DNA of 39,659 nt from Perkinsus chesapeaki ATCC PRA-425. Taxonomy: Eukaryota > Protista > Perkinsozoa. The DNA is taken from assembly GCA_013115145.1 (NCBI GenBank), contig JAAPAO010000325.1, positions 1 to 39,659 of the forward strand, in the 5' to 3' direction. A program made the position numbers and the translations under genes. This document shows, one piece after another, positions 1 to 10,797 of this stretch. The first letter of the stretch is position 1. Each line of letters starts with the position of its first letter. Under the pieces are notes generated by a model, which ran no database searches, was not told the origin of the DNA, and was given only the letters and a program-made list of their open reading frames with translations.

Positions 1-245
1 TGATATCATTGATACCCTTACTGACCAGCTATTGTCATGCCCTCTGTGATATCATTGATACCCTTACTGACCAAGTATTGTCATGCCCTCTGTGATATCA
101 TTGATACCCTTACTGACCAGCTATTGTCATGTCCTCTGTGATATCATTGATACCCTTACTGACCAGCTATTGTCATGTCCTCTGTGATATCATTGATACC
201 CTTACTGACCAAGTATTGTCATGCCCTCCGTGATATCATTGATAC
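1..245. repeat. 46-bp tandem minisatellite, 5 full units plus 15 bp; may continue upstream of the window
   Basis: Unit TGATATCATTGATACCCTTACTGACC(AGC/AAG)TATTGTCATG(C/T)CCTC(T/C)G starts at 1, 47, 93, 139, 185 and 231. There are no unique spacers. Confidence 0.97.
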
Positions 246-488
246 TTACGCTATCAGACAGTGTGTTTAGTTTCTAGTATAAACCAAATCAGATCAAAGT
301 TTTAATGGAATCTCAGTTACACACTCAACAGTATAAACACGCGCACGCCATAGATTATTACGAGACGAGACAGCAAAGCCTTAGCTGTCTCTATGCAATT
401 ATCGCTCAACCTTGAGCAAGGGAATGATCAAAACCGGTAGCAATGTACAGTATATAAACCTGCCGGCTTCAAATGACTTACATCATTT

Positions 489-509
489 ATTGTGTAACAC
501 AATTGTGTT
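489..509. mobile_element. hAT-type excision footprint, near-canonical (1 nt short), inferred target ATTGTGTT
   Basis: ATTGTGT-A-ACACAA-T-TGTGTT. Confidence 0.6.
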
Positions 510-590
510 TGACTCGCAGTCCGCATGCTATCATGTCCCTTGATGCATGTATCTTTCCTAATCATAACAGTTAACACTTTCATCGAATCA

Positions 591-1422
591 ATGAGAGCGT
601 CTTTCATTATCTGTCTTATCGAAATTACTTACCAGATATCGATAAAATCTAACAATCCAATAACCGAGCTTTCTGCTGATGATCTCGAATACAGAGCGTT
701 GACCGCAAAGGAAGTTGGTTGCATTATCCCCAAAGGCTTACACTTTTTTGGAGGGGTTATGAATGGGAGTGGAAACTCGACGGTGGGCATAGCTGCATGT
801 CTATGTATAGGTCTGGTTGAGTTCAGATTGTAAAAGCGAAAGTGCATTCGAGATTGGGAGGAGAAGTACCCAAAATTGTGCTAGATAATCTGTAATGGAG
901 CCTTTGTTGTTCGGTCGGCCTACAGAAGCTTTCCTTCAACTATTTCAGTCCGAAAAAGACGAAGAATGATGATGTTGTGTATATATCATGGGTGTGGGTG
1001 GTTGGTGAGCTCTGGAATAGAAGGATAGCATCTAAGATGTTACCATTGGCCCTAGAGGATGTACGTCATTATTATCATTATAACGAATTAACTCCTTTTA
1101 TAAGATACGACGTAAATGGCCTAATGTGGTAGCAGCCTACTTAACTGTGAGTGAGAGTGCCGAGTATGCTACTAGGCTGTACAAGAATAACAACTTCACT
1201 ATCATACCGGAGCCAGGTAAGCCAGGTTACATAAAGCACATGGAGGTGCCATATTTCTGTAATATCTTGCTATTTGCTCGTTATCAGGCAATGATCCTAT
1301 CAAACTATACATCTATAAATTCCCCCTATGTAGTAAGAACAAGAGAGAGAGCCCTCTCTCGCGGTTATTCAAGGGAAAAAGTCTCAGAGGCGATAAGGAG
1401 TGATGAAGGTGTGACTGTATGA
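591..1422 (+). CDS. Putative secreted GNAT-fold acetyltransferase-like protein, paralog 1 (multi-exon)
   Basis: Manual splicing with introns 783-826, 892-948 and 1061-1104 gives an open frame. N-terminus MRASFIICLIEITY is hydrophobic. Motif A-like VVYISWVWVVGELWNRRIASKML and motif B-like AYLTVSESAEYATRLYKNNNF are present. The 3' end is uncertain. Confidence 0.8.
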
Positions 1423-1528
1423 ACACGGTCTACGGGCCATGATCTTCGATCAGATGTAGACCATACGAAAGGATGCCATCCAACTCCTGCATTCTATCAT
1501 ATTTCTATGATGTCTACTTCTTAGCTTA

Positions 1529-1566
1529 TGCCGGGTGTTGCCGGGTGTTGCCGGGTGTTGCCGGGT
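1529..1566. repeat. 10-bp tandem repeat (TGCCGGGTGT) x3.8
   Basis: Read directly from the sequence. Confidence 0.95.
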
Positions 1567-1733
1567 TCTATCCTCACTAGCACCCTCCCCAATATGGTAT
1601 TGGCGATATATCCGTTGTGACTGTAGACTTCACTGTTAATAATGTAACTCTATGCTCCATCCGTTACATGCAACATATTGTCTATCTCCCCGTCATCTTG
1701 CGTATAATTATTATCTAATAAGGAAGTGTACGG

Positions 1734-1769
1734 TATATTCATCTCAGATGAATATAGATGAATCATCTG
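1734..1769. mobile_element. hAT-type excision footprint with extended left arm, target TTCATCTG
   Basis: TATATTCATCT-C-AGATGAATATA (11-bp arms) joined to AGATGA-A-TCATCTG. Both central bases are complements of the target's end bases. Confidence 0.75.
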
Positions 1770-3005
1770 TGTTCCAATTAATAAATGACGCATATAGCAT
1801 GGGTTTGTGGTACCGCCCCACATAACAGCTCTTACATACTACACATTAACGACACAACTGTTAAATGACCTGCGACTCTCAGGCTCTACCAGCTCACCTT
1901 GTAACCCCAAGTGAAATCTTCCAGAATGTTGAAACTTTGAGGATGAGCCTGCGACGTATCCAATCCTGATACTTCGGATTCCGAACTATCAGAACAAGAG
2001 GGCTTCAATTCTTGCACACAGAGAACGAAGTATATGTATTAGATATCATGTAAGTCTCCTACTATGGCGACTTGAAACCACACATTTTAGTCATGTTATA
2101 CTGTTTGGCATATAGTGTTTAATAGTTTCGAGTACTCAATTGCGAAATTTCACCGTCAAGCTACGACAGCAACATACTATCCCGAAAGTGTACTCAAACT
2201 AAGCGTCTGAATTTATAAAACCGGGGCATCTGAAATGAGCTACAGCTCCTTGACGCGCAAGATCCCACAAGAGCTTTTTAATTGTATGAATGAAAACCGT
2301 GCCTCGTTACAATGGGTAACCCGAAGATACATTGCACTACTGGTTAATAAAGTTACGGTATTCGAATATTATGTTTATTGGGGCTAGGGTCACTAATACC
2401 GCAGTACTTGATTTTTTCTCACAGTTATTCTGAGGATTTTGGTATGGTTACGCTACGTTAGAGAGGATCCCTCTCATATTCATGGAATAACTCATATAGG
2501 AGCTCAATACGAATCGTTACATTGCTGAAAAGTCTCGGAAGATTTCTAAGCTCCATGAGATGCCGTTTAACCCTAATTAATCCTACGTTTACGCGTCTAG
2601 CTAAGTGACAAATCAATAGATATTGCTGATTAGAAGACTCCAGTATGTTTCACCTATATAGTAGAGTTTTACTAGGTTGCTCCATCGCCTAGAGCGTCGC
2701 TACTTAGAGTTCCTGCCATCCAGGACTATTCTCTTTTGTTGCAGACATGGAGCAACGCGCAGATCGGTCCATGCGCCGCGCTCCTCCTAGGATTATCGAC
2801 TGGCGCCTGGCACCGTGAATCTTTACAGTTGGGAGGATTCGCTGCTATCAACTATTTTCCTTGAGATGCTTTCTATAGTATCATCTCTCAGTGGAAAAGG
2901 GTGGCTTCGCACACGATATTGGGGAACGTCTTGTATATGCGGCCAAGCATTCTAGACTGTCATTCACAGAATCTTTAGTTTTACATCTATCTTACGATCT
3001 GCCCA

Positions 3006-3212
3006 ATGATCAACTATATCTTCTTAATCGTATGCTTCTTGCTGCTGGCTTCGCTCAGAGCTCCTGAGGGTGCTTCGTTGACCTGCCAGGTCTGCCTAAA
3101 CTGCATCCTCCACGAGAAAGAAGAAAGGAGTGAGTTTTGCGACAATACAATAAAAAAGTGTGGTAGAGGTCCCCATTACCAACCCTGCACATGCTGTGAT
3201 CTCCGCACATAA
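3006..3212 (+). CDS. Small secreted cysteine-rich peptide (68 aa, 8 Cys after the signal peptide)
   Basis: Single-exon ORF with signal-like MINYIFLIVCFLLLASLRAPEGA, followed by C-x2-C-x2-C-x11-C-x6-C-x8-C-x-C-C. Confidence 0.7.
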   Translation: MINYIFLIVCFLLLASLRAPEGASLTCQVCLNCILHEKEERSEFCDNTIKKCGRGPHYQPCTCCDLRT

Positions 3213-4251
3213 AAGATATTATCACTATAGGTCTGGTATCATGATATGAGAGTCTAGTAAAGCTTCTAGTAATCAGTCTAGAAGTTATAGTAGACTCAAC
3301 GATCATCAGGCACGTGAACAAGCTAGTGATGTTTATGTTGTGCCTTGCGGCACGCCGCATCCTACAGTCCTATGTGTTAATCAATGACCGTAGGATATCC
3401 TATTCCCGTATCATTTACGATAGTAATAATACGGTGTCAGCAGTACTGTTTCGTTTCATTTCCTCTCTCGTGTTTTAATCGTGGATAACCACAGGCTAGA
3501 GCTAGTTTCGTCAAACTAGACAATGTGTGTGTCCCCGCTCAAATAACACCAGCACTAGCACTTGGAGTTGCTGCTTTACGGTACATAGAATAGCCTGTAC
3601 TACGCTCGGTTGTTATTATCAATGTTATGTATAGCCAATGTTTGCCGCTCTAGGGCTTATCGAACGAAAGTGTAACCCGTGCAGAACAAGACCAATCGAA
3701 ATGCAGAATGTAACATCCACTTGGATGCAGTGAGTCAGACTTCTCCGAACCTCGGAGGCCGAAGCGAGCAGTGTGATAATGGAAAGTCGCAACTTGTGAT
3801 CAGCGCCATCAGCCTGTTAACGCTAGTTACATTCTATCTCAGTGAGCCATACAGTGACAATCGCACTACAGTATTTAGCCTTTCTCGGAAGTTCCACCTA
3901 GAATTGATAGACTAACCGAACCGTTTTCGGTGTTAGAGTAGGTTCAGTTTTTGCGCTGCATTCAGAGATATAATCCGTCTGATCCCAAGATCACGAAAGA
4001 GGTGACGGCCGACGTGTGTTCTCATAGCCTTGTGCGAATTACGCTAGGGAAGTGGACCGAGGCTTCGTTCAGCTCAACGCTAGATCTGCTCGATGCTTTG
4101 GATGAAGGCTCATCTGCTGAGAGCATAAAAGTAAGGAAGAAGGATAACAACAAGGTGAGGTAACGTCAGAAAACGTCGATCGAGGTTACCTCAATAGCAA
4201 TGTGATCTTATGACCCAAATAATGTAACCAGTATAACACTAATACAACGAT

Positions 4252-4503
4252 ATACCCTTACTGAGTATTGTCATGCCCTCCGTGATATTATTGATACTTA
4301 TGCTTCATTATCAGACAGTGTGTTTAGTTTCTAGTATAAACCAAATCAGATCAAAGTGTTAATTGAATCTCAGTTACACACTCAACAGTATAAACACGAG
4401 CACGCCATAGATTATTACGAGACGAGACAGCAAAGCCTTAGCTGTCTCTATACAAATATCGCTCAACTTCGAGCGAAGGAATGGTCAAAGCCAGCAGTAG
4501 TGT
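4252..4503 (+). repeat. Diverged duplicate of about 196-445 (upstream region of GNAT paralog 1), with roughly one minisatellite monomer
   Basis: Colinear match including the GAGACAGC-9nt-GCTGTCTC hairpin. Both copies lie upstream of a GNAT paralog. Confidence 0.9.
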
Positions 4504-4641
4504 ATAAGAGAGTGGATGATATTCACGAGCATGGTATTAAACCCTAAAATGAAGTTGACACCGTTAAACGAGGATGAATGTGAGTCCAGCTGTGCTTACA
4601 CAATGCGACTTGTTCTGGAGCCCGTTCAAGTGCTCAACTGT

Positions 4642-4703
4642 TCCGAGTTCCGAGTCTGAGTAACTAGCTCCGAGTTCCGAGTCCGAGTTCTCCTAATCCG
4701 AGT
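4642..4703. repeat. Cluster of about 7 CCGAGT-like motifs
   Basis: TCCGAGTTCCGAGTCTGAGT...TCCGAGTTCCGAGTCCGAGTT...TCCGAGT. Confidence 0.8.
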
Positions 4704-5328
4704 ACTTCTGTGTTCAAGTGCAAGTTGCACTGTGCAACAGCTCGGAAAGGAGGGTCTTCCGAGATGTTTGGCTGAGTACTCGAACTGGGTTTCTCTGAAC
4801 TACGCTTCAGTAGCTACACGACTTTTCGGTCGGTTTTGTCACTTACGTAGTTGATTTACATTCTGTTAGGGCTTCTTCTTAGTTACCGAATATACCGTTA
4901 CAAGTATAAGATCTCGGCCTAGAGTCAGACTCTGAAGTACATGCCGGACTTGAATAATCATAACGGATCGTGGACTCTTCATTCTAGTGTCTGCTCGTGA
5001 ATGAGGGAGTATGTTTCGCAATTATATGTTAAATCAGATGTTTTTTCTCTTCAGTTTTGGGTTGGTCTTCGTCTCTTGTCTACGGCATTAATGCATTACT
5101 ATACTACTACCATTTTGCCTTTTTTCAAACATCGGATGAATGCTACGACTCCCATGTATAGTTTATTTGAGAATGAAAACCATAACACTACAGAAGACGC
5201 GTCACATGCAGAGGCTTATCTTGCATCATTGACAGATTACTTATCGTACACCTTTATTTATTTGTCTCATCGTGTTCTGGATTGCGTGCATTTTGCTCAT
5301 CAGGACAGTTCCCATTCTTCCATTATCA

Positions 5329-6195
5329 ATGCGAGTTTTCCTCCTTATCGCCTGTCTTATCAACACTTCTCATCCATCGTCAGTAAACTCAGTCAAAAAG
5401 TCAGGATTTCGGCAATGGCTGAGGAAGCATTTTCGGCAATCGTCTCCATCCAGCGCCGAACCCCAGCACTTAGCTGAGGAATTTGTCTCAGCTGAGGATC
5501 TTGAGTACAGACCATTGAAGTTTAATGACGTTGATTGGAAGATAGGTGAAAATGATCGTTTTTTTGGAGGGGTGATCAATGGAGGCGGTCAACCAAAGGT
5601 TGGTGTATTCCCAAGTGAAATATTTTAACAACTGATACATTTTAGAATCTAAAAGCAGAAGTTCGGTCAAAACTCTCGGAACGTATCCCTCCAGCGGTGT
5701 TAGATAAGCTGTGATGATGCCCTTGTTATTCGATGGAGTCATGGAAGATCATGTTCACCTTCTTTTAGCCCGGAGAAGACAGAAGAAGATGATGTTGTTT
5801 GTATAACGTGGGTAGAGGTGATGACAGGTTGGAAGAATAAAAAAGTGGGGACTAAGATGTTACCACTTGCATTAAAAGATGTATGTCATCGTCGTCATTA
5901 CCCAGTAACACTATAATGCTACCATTGAGTGTTTCCTACAAGATACGCGTAAAGTGGCCCAAAGCGATAGCAGTGTATTTGAAAGTGAATCCCGAGAACA
6001 AGTATGCTATTAAACTATACGAGAATAACAATTTCACTCGTATATCGGAGCCAAGTAAGAATCTACAAGTCCTAGTAGGGACACATCAGTTTGAAAGTTA
6101 TGGATTGTTAACATATCCTTGCTCGGCTTATCGTATTTCCCCTTCTCTTAGATACAAATGAATTACTCACATATCTCTATAAATATCCAACATGA
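5329..6195 (+). CDS. Putative secreted GNAT-fold protein, paralog 2 (multi-exon)
   Basis: MRVFLLIACLINT... The first three introns are in the same positions and phases as in paralog 1. Motifs DDVVCITWVEVMTGWKNKKVGTKMLPLALKD and IRVKWPKAIAVYLKVNPENKYAIKLYENNNF. Stop is at 6161 (last intron unspliced) or 6195. Confidence 0.8.
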
Positions 6196-6820
6196 AAAGA
6201 TAACCAAAACTTCCCAAGTTACACCGATCACAGTCTGGCTATGAGCGCTAGCACAACTTCGCCATCGGAACAAACCCTCACCAATACACCGTCAGCTTAA
6301 TATAATTACAGATGTCATCATAGGATTTGTCTATGATTCATTTTCAGGTTGTTCTTATAACCCTAGTATCTTCCCAAACAGTCTCATTGACTATAATCCC
6401 GGGACATTATCCTTTTGTCATTTATCACGCACTGTGTATGTTATGCTGTGACTTGTCCATTTATACAACAGTTTTGAGTAACAAGACTGGCACCGTGTGT
6501 TACTCCAGTCGATTTGAGTTTCGAGCGGGTCGGATAACTCTACGATGCTCAAGGCATCATTCTGATCCATGAAGCCCGAGACGCTCATTGCTTGATTGAG
6601 ATAGGTGTTCGGTAAGATTGTTGATGTAGAGAGTTTACAATGTTACCACGAGTGGCGAAATGCATTCCAATAGATGGTATTTCATTTCAAGTTATCGTAC
6701 TCAAGAGATGCTCATAACGTACTTATCTACTGCCACAAAACTCTCACTAATTGTGGGACGTTAGGTATGATTCTTGTTACTAGATCCATCATAACAGCTG
6801 TCATCCTACTATCATTATTA

Positions 6821-7569
6821 ATGAAGACGTTCCCTCTTCTCATCATCTGTCTCATCGACATTACTTATGAATTATCGATGAAAGCAATGAAACACCCCAA
6901 GCCGTTGCCTAGGCCCAGGGGGGAGATTGAATACAGAGCAGTAGAAAAGAGTGAAGTACCTTCAACTTGGAACTCCAGGCAACATTATATTATGGCTATA
7001 CCCAAGGGGGGGGGAAGTTCTACAGAGGTATTTGACTTGTATGAAACATGATGACATTGATGATGCAATATTCAGAATGGAGTCGGATTTGTGACATCAA
7101 GCAGGATAAATGTTACATCAGAAATGACAAAGGCGATGTAAGTGTAATGGATCTATAGGGATAATGAACTTATTTTTTTAAGCCCTGACATGAAGGAAGA
7201 CGATACCGTTGTGCTCGTGGATTTGTTAACTTTTCCTGATTGGAGGGATATCGGAGAAGAGCTTTTCTCAGAGGCATTGAAAGATGTATGATAGAGGCAC
7301 CTTTGGTTAGTCTTGATTTATTATTTAGATAAGAAAGGAATGGCCAGAGGTTAGGGCAGTGTTTGTAATGGTTGTTGATGATGAAACTAAAGGAGGCGAA
7401 GAGAGGGAAGTTTATAATCGATATGATTTCAAAGAGATCACTCCTCCAACAAGAAGTAACAGGTGTCTTATTATGCAAGGTTCAGAGCAGTTGATCATTT
7501 TCAGATGATCACCACCGCTGGTATATTCTAGACTTATCTAGTAACAACCCTGCATCCAACACCAATTAA
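6821..7569 (+). CDS. Putative secreted GNAT-fold protein, paralog 3 (more diverged, multi-exon)
   Basis: MKTFPLLIICLIDITY...EIEYRAV. Same intron positions. Motifs DDTVVLVDLLTFPDWRDIGEELFSEALKD and IRKEWPEVRAVFVMV...EVYNRYDF. Confidence 0.72.
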
Positions 7570-8013
7570 CGATGAAGATGTCCAACAATAACTACAGTTG
7601 TTTACATGTGCTTACAAGGTGTGTTTTGAGTTACTCACTTCATAATGTCAACTCATGAGTAAAATGCCTCAAAAAGGCTACTTTCATGGCAGTCTGACCA
7701 ATAGGTAATGGTCGAACTCACGAAGAGTCCCCTCCACACTGCAGCTTTCAGATTTCTCGTTAGGTTGGAAGGGGGTTACCGTTAGCTATCTACCAGGTCT
7801 TGGGTCAACTTTCCAACGCCAAATACAATCTATTCCGCATTTTAATTATGCATTTTCCGGGCACCGGAAAGCATATCCCCATTCTTTTTAGGTTGGCATA
7901 GTGCGCAGTGTGATTAGCGCTCGCCTATGTGATCGATTATTGTAGAGTACTAGTTATTAGTGTTGGCATATCTCTATTATTGTTGCGAGCGTTGTTGTTG
8001 TTATTATAGTGGT

Positions 8014-10312
8014 ATGTCTAATATTGAGGATCGTATAGCTGCCCGTCGGAAGAATTATAAAAAGGTAGTACGGCCCTGACTGTTGTTGTTAGTTGTATAT
8101 ATTATTATAGACTGGTGATACTGATGATATTAGACGTAGAAGGGAGGATGAAACAGTACAGATTAGGAAAGCTGAAAAGGAAAAACAATTAGCTCAAAGG
8201 AGAAGGATGAGTATTGGTGGTGATACTAGTGCTGGTCCTAGTAATAATCAATATATATATATATATATTATTAAACACATATTATAATAGGTGGATCCAC
8301 TACTACACCAGTACCTAATCTACAAGAACTTAGTGAGGCTGTTGCTGGATGCAACTCTAATGATCCAGTAGTACAATTTAAAGCTACACAGTATGTTAGA
8401 AAACTATTATCAATAGAAAAGAACCCACCAATTGAATATGTAATATTAATATATATAATATGTATATAACCATAAGTATTAGGTTATAGAGGCCGGCCTT
8501 ATACCGAGAATGGTTGATTTCCTAAAAGATATTAATCGTCCCGATTTACAGTTTGAAGCTGCTTGGGTATTGACTAATATAGCTAGTGGTACTAGAGCAC
8601 AAACTGAGGCAGTTGTATCTGCTGGTAATAATAGTATCTATCATTAAGTACATATTATTATTAAGGTACTATACCTGTCTTTATTGCATTATTATCATCC
8701 CCTAGCCTTGATGTTAAGGAGCAGGCAGTATGGGCTCTTGGTAATATTGCTGGTGATTCCCCACCATTACGTGATACAGTAATAATATATAGCATTGCTG
8801 TATTATTAAGGTAGAAGTTGATAGGTCCTTCAAGCTGGTGTTATGCAACCACTCCTTGCTTTATTAAGGGAGAATGATAAGTTTTCATTATTACGCAATG
8901 CTACCTGGGCATTATCTAACCTATGCCGTGGTAAACCTCAACCACCACTTGAAATGATAGTACATGCTTTACCAACATTGAGTAATCTACTATATAGTAG
9001 TGATGTAATAATAATAATTAGTGTTATAAGGAGTATATTAACCTATTAATAGGTTGAGGTATTAACTGATGCTTGTTGGGCATTATCTTATATATCTGAT
9101 GGTCCTAATGAACGTATTGAAGCTGTTATAGAGAATGGTGTATGTCGTAGATTAGTTGAATTACTTAATCATGATAGTACACTAGTACAGACACCAGCGT
9201 TACGTAATATCAATTATTAATATCATTTAATGATAAAGTGAATAATACTAGGTACTGTTGGTAATATAGTAACAGGAGATGATAGACAGACTCAGGTTAT
9301 AATACAATGTGGTGTGGCTGAGAAACTACATCAGCTTTTATATAGCCCTAAAAAGGTAAGGAATATCATCTACATCATGTGGGGCGGGGGATCGAGTGGT
9401 TGTTCTGATAGAATATACGTAAAGAGGCTTGTTGGACTATATCTAACATTACTGCTGGTAATCGTGAACAAATACAGGAGATAATCAATGCTGGAGTAAT
9501 AATAATAAGTGGAGTAGTAGTAAGGTGATGATGATGATGGTTGTGGTTAGATACCTAGTAAGATAGTTGAGTTAATGGCTACTGCTGAATTTGATATTAA
9601 AAAGGAGGCAGCATGGTAATAGTGTTACAAAAGGGTTGTTGTTGTTTTATAGTGGATATGCTATTATTATATTAGGGCATTATCTAATGCAACTACGGGT
9701 GGATCACCAGAACAAGTGGATTACTTTGTACAAGCAGGATGCATTAAACCATTATGTGCATTACTAGATGTTAATGATACACGTATAGTTGGTGTATGTC
9801 TGGAAGCATTAGAGAATATACTAAGGGTAATAACAATAATAATAATATAATGGGAATTACAATCTAGGTTGGTCTACAAGCAATGGAAGCTAATCCTAAT
9901 CTTACTGAGAATCCGTAAGATTATAAGGCATATTAGTAGCAGTAGTGGTTATATAGGTACCTACAGTTGGTGGAGGAGGCTGATGGTTTAACTAAGATAG
10001 AGAACTTACAATCAGATAGTAGTGATGAGATATATTTAAAGGTAAAAGGAGTGTTATAGATAGGTAAATAGTATTAGTGTTATTAGGCGGTGAGAATATT
10101 GGAAAACTATTTCCCGTTAGAAGGGGACGATGATGAAGTTGAAGATATGGAAGCTTCTGGGAGTGATTCGGCAACTGCACCACCTACTGGTGGTAAAAAT
10201 AATTATATAATATTGTTCCTATACTAGTGCTGTATTATTAGGCTTTAACTTCGGCGGCCCAAGTCCATCTGGCCCACCACCTGGGGGCTTCCAATTTGGT
10301 GGTGGAAACTAG
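8014..10312 (+). CDS. KPNA: Importin subunit alpha (karyopherin alpha), multi-exon
   Basis: IBB motif [16 protein letters not shown] repeats [56 protein letters not shown] and [14 protein letters not shown]-terminus FNFGG...GGFQFGGGN*. Confidence 0.97.
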
Positions 10313-10797
10313 AAATATAGGTATGGTGGATGATAGGATATTGTTGTATGCCACTACTACGTATCAGCTCTTTTCATAGCTTATTATTAATATATACCAA
10401 TAATATCGTCCTCGTTATCATTATCGTTATGCCATAATAACAAACATCGAGTCTTATGCTGATCTAATTGGTTGAACTGGAAGATAGAATTATTATCAAA
10501 CTGCCGTCGCTGTATGTTGTTATATTTCACTGCACTACTGCTACTCCACACTCACTCACTACATCATCATTATCCATTCTACCTTACTACTACATGTAGG
10601 GTATCTAATGGTTATATAGGGTGTTGGTGATGCTATTGTTGCTAGTGTTAGAATAACAGAGAAGGAGGATTGTCGTAGTAGTAGTAGTTAACATAGCCAT
10701 AATCGTTTCCGTCGACTTCCTTCCCCCTTCAGTATTGTGTTCTAGTATAAGATATAATAATGAGGTAGTGTCAGTTAAAGGGCGGCGACGGTGGTTG

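Noticed and set aside
1-245. CRISPR-like array
   Set aside because: The units are contiguous with no unique spacers, there are no cas genes, and the context is eukaryotic.
4921-4933. Single odd palindromes (4921, 28413, 31756 and others) as footprints
   Set aside because: Only one arm is present. They are compatible with the mechanism but too likely by chance to count.
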